The notes beneath the pieces were generated by a model. The model was given only the letters and a program-made list of their open reading frames with translations, ran no database searches and was not told where the DNA came from. A DNA stretch of 64,000 nt from Azolla caroliniana (lineage: Eukaryota > Plantae > Polypodiophyta), in NCBI GenBank assembly GCA_043228905.1, contig JBHGNT010000020.1, positions 1,240,001 to 1,304,000 on the forward strand, written 5' to 3'. The position numbers and the translations under genes are program-made. Within the stretch, counting starts at the first letter, position 1, and each line of letters begins with the position of its first letter. Shown one piece after another: positions 24,906 to 34,352 of the stretch.

Positions 24906-27685
24906 ATGTCTTCGAAGAAAATTGAGCACCAAGAATCCAGGTAAGCACCTAATAGTCCGAACATTTTTTTAAATATGTTTTAGCACTTAAGAACTTGATA
25001 TGCCATATCGAGTTCTTGTATAAAACACAAACTTTATACAGGAATTCGATATAGCGTATCGAGTTCATGTTTAAAGTTTGTGTTTTATATAGGAACTCGA
25101 TACGTCGTATCGAGTTCCTGTTTAAAGTTTGTCTTTTATACAAGAACTCGGTATGCCGTATCGAGTTCTTGTTTAAAGTTTGTGTTTCATACAAGAACTC
25201 AATACGACATATCGAGTTCCTTTTTAAAGTTTGTGTTTCATACAAGCACTCGATACGCCGTATCGAGTTCTTGTTTAAATTTTGTGTTTTATACAGTAAC
25301 TCGATACGCCGTATCCAGTTCCTATGTAAAGTATGTGTTTTATACATGAACTCGATACCCTGTATTGAGTTCCTGTGTAAAGTATGTGTTTTATACATGA
25401 ACTCGATACCTTGTATCGAGTTCTTGTTTAAATTTGGTGATTTATACATGGACTCGATACGCCGTATCGAGTTACTGTATAAAACACAAAATTTAAACAG
25501 GAATATTATGTCTTTGGGGGAACAATTTGGTATATGTGTGAAAAGATACCAAATTTATGTCCAATTAAGACTTTTTTAATGACAATTGCTACATTTTGTA
25601 ACATTTAGCGGCCTTACTTAAAAAGGTTTTATGACCTATAATAGCTTAAAATAATAGAAAATAACCCACGAATTACCTTTATGATACCAAATTTAAGTCT
25701 GTCGTATTAAAATTCTCAACAATGTGTATATGGAATCAATATAAGCCACACCTACCCTTCAATATGATACATATCCTTGTATAATTATTAAGATATATAA
25801 TTTTCGAAGTTGAATAGCCCTTACTAGATTTAAAATCCGAATAAAGGTCTATCATGTTCACTCAAAGTATGATTGATATTTAGAGTTTAGCAGAAATCGC
25901 CTGCAAGTTTTTGTCTTAATCTACTTAGGTATATTTTAATATACAACCTTAATCTAGGCAACCACCTAACTTATATTTTCGCACGTCCTTTCTTAAAGAG
26001 GTCGTTTGAGAACTAGTCGGACCGACCTGTGAAGAAAATAAAGCTTCAGATTCAGGGCTCTCCAATTGAGACCCAGAAACTAATAGCTCCTCAAAACATG
26101 AAGAGAGGAAAAAAGCTTCTCTTCAATGAGGAAACAAAATCTCAACCATCCGATGATGTTAGCCAAAAGAAAATGTTAGCAGCTACTGGTGGTGAGGACC
26201 TTCCTGACCATGATCTAATGGACAAGGAATGGTGTATGCAATACGTCGACTCCAAGAAAAAAGTCGTGCTTTATACAACAAAGAAGAAGGGCGACGGTCA
26301 GCTTGAAAATGACACCGCATTTATGTATGGTCGTATTCTACAATTTGACTAGGAAGATTCAGATTCAGCCAACATTCTTGTAATGATAGAGTGCTCGAAG
26401 GGGGTACATAAAGTGTACCTTTCTGAAGATCTTGTGGCCCAGAATCTTTTAAAAAAGATCTACAAAGCTCAGAAAAGCTTATTGTCTCCTTGAGGCCTTA
26501 TATACAAGGCCATGTAACTCTAAGGGAGCCCTTTCCCTCCCTAGTGAAGGCCCTGAAAAGGGCATCTAAAGTGCAATCAAGACCAGCAAAAAAGAAGACC
26601 ACTAAAATGTCGGACTCCGACTCATCAAGCTCAAACGAAGATGAGGACACTAGGTGGACGCCAGGAGCTGAGCTGGCATCGGGTGTGTTGTGATCCGAGC
26701 AGAATAAGATACGGAGAGAGTTAACGCAGCGTAAACTGGTGAGAAAAGGGCAACTGTTTAATTTTCCTATAACACACATCCATCGGCCCCTTTTAGATGA
26801 AAAAACAAGACGAAGACCACTTGAGATCAGAGAGCCACACCGAATGCATGTTCAAAATCTCAAGAAAAAAATGAAAATTAATCCACATGCTACCATTGTG
26901 CCTTTTATTGTTATAGTGGATCCCGAAGAATGTGAAACCATTGAAGAATTCGACATAAGAAAGCATGATCAATACAATTACTTTGTAATTGGTGGATCGC
27001 ATTCGGCGGAGGCACGTCGGCAACTTGTGAGAGAACATCCAATGACTTTCTTCTTCAAGTATGCCGACAACTGAAGAGGCAAAGCTATTGCCATGTGACC
27101 ACAATAACGATAATGACTGTAGGCAGAAAATGTCATCGATTGAGCGTATAAGGTTCTTCCACCACGAGTACTTGGACGTCAAACAAAAGTTTGGTGTGAA
27201 GCTACATCCAAGCCTACGACGTCAATGCTTGCATGAAGTCGGCATTGTGGTGGATGATAATGTTAAGTCAGATGGTCTTTGGAAATATGAGTCCTAGTTT
27301 CAACTTGCCTTTAGAGATGGAGAAGTATGGGACCTACAAGATCAAATCTTCCTAATGTGGGAGAATAAGGAGGTCAAGGGTCAACGACAAAAGAAATGTA
27401 AGGTAAATCCTCAACTAGAATTAAAGTCACAAGCAGCCAAGAAAATTGATTTGACAATTGAAGAAACGGCTGACGACATGAAGCTGTGTCTGTGGAGAGT
27501 GATGCAAGGTATTAAGGACGAGCAACTTCTTGTGTCTGTTTTGTCAAGCCTTGAAGAAATGGTCACTGAGTTCAATAAGTAAGTCTTTCAAATAGTGATA
27601 TTAAATTCAATATGGTGCAATTGAAAGTTCTAATCTCGCTTTCTCATTTCACAGTCATAAGGTGTACATGAAGATTCAAGAAATT
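24906..27685 (+). pseudogene. Spliced, decayed gene encoding a ParB/Sulfiredoxin-like domain protein
   Basis: TATAAAT at 24764, ATG 24906, donor CAG|GTAAGC at 24941, large exon ~26000-27578, donor 27579, acceptor 27654. Motif spacing IRE..HVQNLKKKM...PFIVIV...YFVIGGSHSAEARRQL resembles ParB/Srx (Y.IIDG.HR..A). Confidence 0.55.
25003..25505. repeat. Tandem array of ~10 palindromic 51-bp units inside the first intron
   Basis: Unit GTATCGAGTTCTTGT-ttaaagtttgtgttttat-ACAAGAACTCGATAC-gcc (15-bp inverted arms); first and last units have the spacer reversed. Confidence 0.9.
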
Positions 27686-28371
27686 ATGATGACATGGGCC
27701 GAGCGCGATCGGCATGAGCGGAGAGTCGTGTCTAGGAAAACGGAGGAGGTGCGTGGAGAACGGAGGGCTACGCACCGGGAAGAGAAAACGCGGTGTCCCG
27801 AAGGACATGCGAGGCCAATCGGGCCAAGAGGGCGCGGGTCGAGGCGAAGTGGTAACGAGAGCCACGAAGGACGGGGTGATGGCACGCTCTACCGCGAGAG
27901 AGCACGGCGAACAAGGGGAAAGCGAAAGGCGCGTGATGGGGTTATCGAAGGACCGAAGCACGAGCACGCATTCGGAGGAGAGCATCGACATACGGGGAAA
28001 GCCTACGGAAGGCAAGCGCGGAGCGGAGAGAGTCGGCACGCCGAGGTGTGCGGCACGCAAAGGGCAGAATCCGTCATGCGACCGAGAGTGCATCCGGAGG
28101 ATATACGAGGCGGACAAAGGAAGAGCAACCGGGTTGGTGACGGCATTCGGGAGGACCGAACGGGGAGGAAAGCACGGGCATCGGATACGGCGGGTCGGAT
28201 GTAGCCGGTGGTTCAAGGACCCACGGTGGACGTGGCGGATCGGGTGGAGGCAACGACTCGGCGAACATCGTCGAGTGTGGCGGATCGGATGGCGCCGACG
28301 GTTCGAGACCATTCGGCGAGGATGGTGGACTGGAAGGCGGCGGCGGTTCGTGTGGACGGGGTGGTCTTCCT

Positions 28372-28597
28372 TGAAGGTGCTCCTTCCCTTTCTTCACAAA
28401 TCCCTTCGTTTGCTGCATGTAGATCTCCTCTTCGAGGTCACCGTGGAGGAACGTCGTCTTCACGTCTAACTGCTCTACCTCGAGGTCCATGCTTGCCGCT
28501 ATGCTCAGCACCGTCCAGATGGAAGTCATCTTTACTACCGGGGCAAATATCTCGTCGAAGTCCACACCCTTCTTCTGTTGGAACCCCTTCACCACGA
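28372..28597 (-). mobile_element. Copia reverse transcriptase fragment, same family as the intact element at 43237
   Basis: VKGFQQKKGVDFDEIFAPVVKMTSI.TVLSIAASMDLEVEQLDVKT.FLHGDLEEEIYMQQ is near-identical to the region at 46585-46810. Confidence 0.9.
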
Positions 28598-29600
28598 TGT
28601 CGCGTTGTTACGCACGTATGTGTGGAAAGGGGCGGGACCACAGGGGGTCTTGGACCGAGGAGCGAGAGAGAGAGACAGAGAGAGAGAAAGATTCACCGAC
28701 ACGTAGAAGCAAGAAAGGGAGATATAGAAAGTGACACTTAATTATAATGATAGAGATTACAAACTCCGACAGTTACAACCGACAAAGCGGCGACGGGCCC
28801 AACACGGGGACCCTACTCACGCACACTGACGACAGTCACCGACTCAAAGAAACAAAAGGGGGAAGGGGAGCGACTCTGCTGGAAGCACACAGGCTATCCA
28901 CGAAGCAGAGGCAGCGACCTCCCGACACCCGCAGAGAGTGACGATTCAAGTCGAAGAGAGAGAGCTCCGCCTTCCGTTCTGCAGCAACCTCCTTCCTCCT
29001 CCTCGCGCGCGATATCTCGTTTTCTCTTCTCCTCTTCCCTTTATTCCCTGTCCCCCTCTGGGATACGCACAATCCCCCTCTAATAAATGCGTGTGGCTTA
29101 GTAGTCACATCCACCGGTTCGTGTACAAAGTATCCAGTCACACGTCCATCCATGTAGGGGCCGGTTTACGCACTTTCTCTCCGATTCCGCCTATGGCCGG
29201 TTTTCTTCACGACAACGATCCTGGCTTTGTACCTTGGAGTCGGCATCTCCCTATTTCAACTTGTACACCCACTTGTTTCGGAGTGCCCTCTTGTTGGGAG
29301 ACAGGTCCCTCCGGATGGGAAGGGAGACAGGTCCCTAAACCGGATGAGGAGTACCCGGCTACGGAGAGCCAGATGGTGCAGACCCGGTGAGAACCGGATG
29401 AGGAGTACCCGGCTACGGAGAGCCGGATGGTGCAGATCCGGTGAGAACCGGATGAGGAGTACCCGGCTACGGAGAGCCGGATGGTGCAGACCCGGTGAGA
29501 ACCGGATTAGGAGTACCCGGCTACGGAGAGCCGGATGGTGCAGACCCGGTGAGAACCGGATGAGGAGTACCCGGCTACGGAGAGCTTGATGGTGCAGACC
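28598..29600 (-). mobile_element. Truncated gypsy LTR of the tRNA-Trp-primed group
   Basis: Terminus tgtcgcgttgttacgcacgtatgtgtgg matches LTR ends at 1323 and 63211. Confidence 0.7.
29337..29600. repeat. 54-bp minisatellite, ~5 copies, inside LTR
   Basis: Unit gaaccggatgaggagtacccggctacggagagccggatggtgcagacccggtga. Confidence 0.95.
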
Positions 29601-30130
29601 CGTGGTTGTTTGTTTAGGGTGTATGGCTATTAACCATAAGGTTATTGGTTCACGATGGTTACCCGAATCAATGAAGTAAATTACATTACATTGCTTCAAT
29701 AGCTCAATCGGTTAGAGCGTACGGCTTAGTTGAGGTTCAAGCCTAGTCTTGTGAAGATGATCATATTGTTGAGGATCCTATAAACTAATGATTTCATCGA
29801 ATTTGGTGGTTCAATCACAACGTGGAGTGGTGATAGATGATACCAATATTGGTCATGATATATTTTATTAGTTTGATTACATCTGTAGATTGAAAATGAG
29901 AATATATAGTTGAGGTTCAAATGCACTACTGTGAAGATGATAATCTTGTTTAGGATCCTATAAAATTTTGATGTCAACGAAATTCAAGGTTTTCCAATTC
30001 CAATTACATGTCCCCTTCATGAATACTTAAATTGGTTTGACCGAATTGTAGTTAACAATAAGGTGAATGATGCAAGATGCTTATCAGTATCAATAAAGTG
30101 TGTTTTTTTTTGTTCAATTTATGTTATGTT

Positions 30131-30204
30131 GCTTCAGTAGCTCAGTTGGTTAGATCGTATGGTTGTTAACCATAAGGTCGGTGGTTCAAGCTCACCTTGG
30201 AGCG
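30131..30204 (+). tRNA. tRNA-Asn(GTT) copy with D-stem mismatch (possible pseudogene)
   Basis: Differs from the 33305 copy at a few positions (gatc in D stem, ctcacc in T stem). Confidence 0.65.
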
Positions 30205-31676
30205 GCCATTACTTGTTAACCATGAGGTGCATGGTCAAAGGTGGTTACAAATATCAATCATGTAAACTATCGTTACATTCTTTTGTTTTTAATACTCAAT
30301 TGTTTAGAGCATATGGACCTTAAACATAAGGTCGTTGGTAGAGCGTAGAGCCCTTAACAATAAGGTTTCTTGTCTATGATGGTTACTAGTATTAATCAAG
30401 TAAATTATTCTTACATTGGTTCAGTAGCTCAGTTGATTTGCGGGTAAGGTTGTTAACCATAACATCGGTGGTTCAAGCCCACATTTGACTGGATATGAAA
30501 ATCACTGAATTTGGTTGTATGACCTTAACCATAATGTTGGTGGTTTGTTAGGGCGTATGGCCCTTAACCATAAGGTTATTGGTCCAAGGTGATTATGAAT
30601 ATCAATCAACGAAATTACCATTTCACTGCTTTAGTAGCTCAGTTGTTAGAGTGCATGGCTTAGTTGAGGTTCAAGCCCACTCTTGTGAAGATGATAATAT
30701 TGTTTAGGATCCTATAAACTAATGATGTCATCAAAGTTCAAGGTTCAACAATTAGAAGTAGGGTTCCCTTTCCTGAATAGTTCAATTGGTTTGATCATAA
30801 GGTTGTTTAGCACAAGCTCAATGGCTCAATTGGTTACCAATATCAATCACATTAGTTAGAGTGTCACATTTCTTCAGTAGCTCAGTTGGTTAGAGTGTAC
30901 AGTTGTTAACCATAAGCTTGGTGGTTCAAGCCTACCTTTGAGCGGACATGAAAATCCCCGATTTTGGTTGTAGGACCTTAACCATAATGTTGTTGGTTTA
31001 GTTAGAGCGTATGACCCTTAACCATAAGGTTATTGGTCTAAGGTGGTTATCAATATCAATCAAGTAAATTACAATTACATTGCTTCACAGTTGATAGAGT
31101 GCATGGCTCAGTTGAGGTTCAAGCCCATTCTTGTGAAGATGATCATATTGTTTAGGATCCTATAAATGAATGATGTCATCGAAGTTCAAGGTTCAACAAT
31201 TAGAAGTAGGCTTCCCTTTCTTGAATAGTTCAATTGGTTTGATCATACGGTTATTTAGGCCCAAGCTCAATGGCTCAATTGGTTATCAATATTAATTACA
31301 TTAGTTAGAGTGTCACATTTCTTTAGTAGCTCAGTTGGAGTGTATGGTTGTTAACAATAAGCTTGGTGGTACAAGTGCAACATGTAGTGGTGAAAAAAAA
31401 TCACCAATATTGGTCATGATATATTTTATTAGTTTGATTACATCTATAGCTTGAAATTGAGAATATATAGTTGAGGTTTAAGCGCACTAGTGTGAAGATG
31501 ATCATCTTGTCTAGGATCCTATAAAATTTTGATGTCAACTACGTTCAAGGATTACGAATTACAATTAATCCCCTTCTTGAATAGTTAAATTGGTTTGACC
31601 GAATATCCGTTAACCATAAGGTGAATGGTGCAAGATTCTTATTAGTATTTATGTTTGGTTCAATTTATGTTATGTT

Positions 31677-31752
31677 GCTTCAATAGCTCAGTTGGTTAGA
31701 GCATATGGTTGTTAACCATAAGGCCACTGGTTCAAGCCCACACCTTAGAGCG
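31677..31752 (+). pseudogene. tRNA-Asn(GTT) pseudogene
   Basis: Intact 5' half and anticodon arm; T stem disrupted by substitutions and a 2-nt insertion. Confidence 0.65.
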
Positions 31753-33304
31753 GTCATTAGTTGTTGACCGTACCGTCAATTGTCACAGGTAGGTTCATGT
31801 ACCAATCAAGTAAACTACCATTACATTTCTTCAATAGCTCAATTGGTTAGAGCATATGGACCTTAAACATAACGTCCGTGGTTGGTTAGAGCATATGGCC
31901 CTTAACCATAAGGTCTCTGGTCTAAGCTGGTTATTAGTATTAATCAAGGAAATTATTGTTACATTGGTTCAGTAACTCAGTTGGTTGGGTGGTTCAAGCG
32001 TTCCTTTGAACGGACATGAAAATCACCGATTTTGGTTGTATGACCTAAACCATAAGGTTGGTAGTTTGGGTAGAGCATATGGCCCTTAACCATAAGGCTA
32101 TTTGTGCAAGGTGGTTACCTGTATCAATCGAGGAAATGATCATTACATGCTTTCAGAGGCTCAGTTGAGGTTCAAGGCCACTCTTGTCAAGATGATCATA
32201 TTGTCTAGGATCCTATTAACTAATGATGTTATTCGTCCAAGGTGGTTACCCATATCAATCAAGTAAATTACCATTACGTGCCTTCAATAGCTCAGTTGGG
32301 TAGAGCATATGGCTCAGTTGATGTTCAAACCCACTCTTGTGAAGATGATCATATTCTTTAGGATCCTATTAACTAATGATGTCATCGAAGTTCAAGGTTT
32401 AACAATTAGAAGTAGGGTTCCCATTCTTGAATAACTCAATTGGTTTGATTAGATGGTTGATTAGGACAAGGTCAATGGTTGAATTGGTTACCAATATCAA
32501 TCACGTTAGTTAGAGTGTCACATTTCTTTAGTAGCTCAGTTGGTTAGAGTGTATGGTTGGTTGGTAGTTCAAGCTTGGACTAATTTTCTCAGAATATATT
32601 TTATTAGTTTGACTACATCTATTGATTGAAAATAAGAATATATAGTTGAGGTTCAAGCGCACTACTGTGAAGATGATAATCTTGTTTATGATCCTATAAA
32701 AATTTGATGTCATCTAGTTCAAGGATTACCAATTACAATTACATATGCCCTTCTTGAATAGTTAAATTGGTTGGACCGAATAGTCGTTAACCATAAGGTG
32801 AATACAAAAGGACCTTTTTTTTATGCACGGTGCCGTAACTAACTACCCTGCTATTTGGTATCCCCACCTGTCAACCACTTTTGCGGCGGCGAAGTATAAA
32901 TGGGTTATTGTATTTCTTTATTTTCCTGGTTCTTTTACTTAGTGTAGTAATTCCCCAAGGTGTTGATGGGTTTTTCCTACCAATCGATGATCCACAGGGT
33001 TCATAGTTGCACCTCGCACCGTTCAACGTCTACTGATAAGCTTTTCTTGGGTGGATCAGGTATTCCCTCAGCCTAGAAAGCGATGGTTTGCCTGCCCCTA
33101 CCCATGCCTCTACTTGGGGAGTGCTTTCTCCTCCTCAGACAGAACCCTTCGATCGCGTGATCAATAACTTTTTTATATTGAAATCTTTTTAGGTACTTGA
33201 TTTTTCAATTTATCCGTAGTATCTCCCTTGCCATTCCTGTATGGTCTAAGATGCTTATCAGTATCAATAATGTGTGTTTTGTTTGGTTCAATTTATGTTA
33301 TGTT

Positions 33305-33378
33305 GCTTCAATAGCTCAGTTGGTTAGAGCGTATGGTTGTTAACCATAAGGTCGGTGGTTCAAGCCCACCTTGGAGCG
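33305..33378 (+). tRNA. tRNA-Asn(GTT), well-formed cloverleaf
   Basis: Acceptor GCTTCAA/TTGGAGC, D stem GCTC/GAGC, anticodon stem TATGG/CCATA with loop TTGTTAA, T arm GGTGG-TTCAAGC-CCACC, discriminator G. No strong oligo-T terminator immediately downstream. Confidence 0.8.
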
Positions 33379-33876
33379 GTCATTAGTTGTTAAGCATAAG
33401 GTCAATGGTCGAAGGTGGTGCTATTCCTTAGCAATAGCTCAATTGGTTAGAGCATATGGACCTTAAACATAAGGTCGGTGGTTGTTTAGAGGGTATGGTC
33501 CTTAACCATACAGTCTTTGGTCCAAGGTGATTACTACTATCGATCAAGTGTTACATTGGTTCAGTTGGTTAGAGCATATTGTTGTTAACCATAACGTCAG
33601 TGGTTCAAGCCCACCTTATTTTCACCGATTTTAATTGTATGACCTTAACCATAAGGTTGGTGGTTTGCTTAGAGCGTATGGACCATAACCATAAGGTTAT
33701 TGGTCCAAGGTGGTTACCATTATCAATCAAGTAAATTACATTACATTGCTTGTGTAGCTCAATTGGTTAGAGCATATGTCTCAATTGAGGTTTAAGCCTA
33801 CTCTTGTGAAGATGATCATAGTATTTAGGATCCTATAAACTAATGATGTCATGGAATTTCACGGTTTAACAATTAG

Positions 33877-34352
33877 TATACGCTTTCTACTCTCTCTATC
33901 TTTCCGGTGTATTCTTTGTTCTTAAGGTTCCATTAAAGCTTCATTCTTTGTTTTATGTTACTACTTCTGTGTAATAATTTTGACATGGTATCAGAGGGCG
34001 AGGGTTGAGAACCTCCACAACCAACAAGCGATTACTGAAGACAAACCCTAACACTCGGTAAAGAGTGAAAGATGGACAGAGGTATGGCAAGTTGTCTTCC
34101 GACAGAGAAGCTTGACAGACACAACTATGCATCATGGTCGTACAATATACACCAGTATCTGCTCGAATATGGATACGGGAGTTATGTTGAGGGTGTGAAT
34201 GAAATAGCGCCGGAGTTCTCGGAATGGGAACCAGGAGCAAGCAGAGTTCTATATTGCCTTGCATCCTCCGTGCACAACCAGATGATCAGCTACATTAGAG
34301 ATGCTAAGACGTCAAAACAGGCTTGGGAAAATTTGAAAAAGATTTTCGCTAT
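33877..34352 (+). mobile_element. Copia fragment: LTR 3' end, tRNA-Met(i) PBS (33986), start of gag
   Basis: ttttgaca|tggtatcagag; gag EKLDRHNYASWSY...AKTSKQAWENLKKIF. Confidence 0.85.

Larger units (their letters stand above)
20214..27685. mobile_element. Decayed Sola-like DNA transposon with two divergent genes; right end truncated
   Basis: Sharp left junction with the satellite at 20213/20214. DDD transposase on - strand and a spliced ORF on + strand are separated by an AT-rich intergenic region. No TIR pair is visible. Confidence 0.6.
29610..33876 (+). repeat. tRNA-Asn-derived complex satellite with ~1.5 kb higher-order repeat
   Basis: About 15 A-box (tagctcagttgg) and 15-20 B-box (ggttcaagc) motifs, all on +. 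Best tRNA copies with the same upstream flank recur at 30131, 31677 and 33305. Confidence 0.9.

Noticed and set aside
25003-25505. CRISPR-like appearance of palindromic repeats
   Set aside because: Spacers are near-identical, no cas genes are present, and the context is a eukaryotic intron.
24949-25579. ORFs of 166-170 aa on both strands
   Set aside because: By-products of a 51-bp (multiple of 3) repeat lying between a splice donor and acceptor.
27644-28741. Overlapping Arg/Pro-rich ORFs of 170-250 aa
   Set aside because: GC-rich sequence with few stops; only the copia RT portion has recognisable motifs.
29227-29699. Repeat-containing ORFs (120 and 147 aa)
   Set aside because: Translations of the 54-bp LTR minisatellite.
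30340-30580. tRNA-Lys(CTT) genes from ccttaaccataagg arms
   Set aside because: Isolated anticodon-arm variants of the Asn unit without complete acceptor and T arms.
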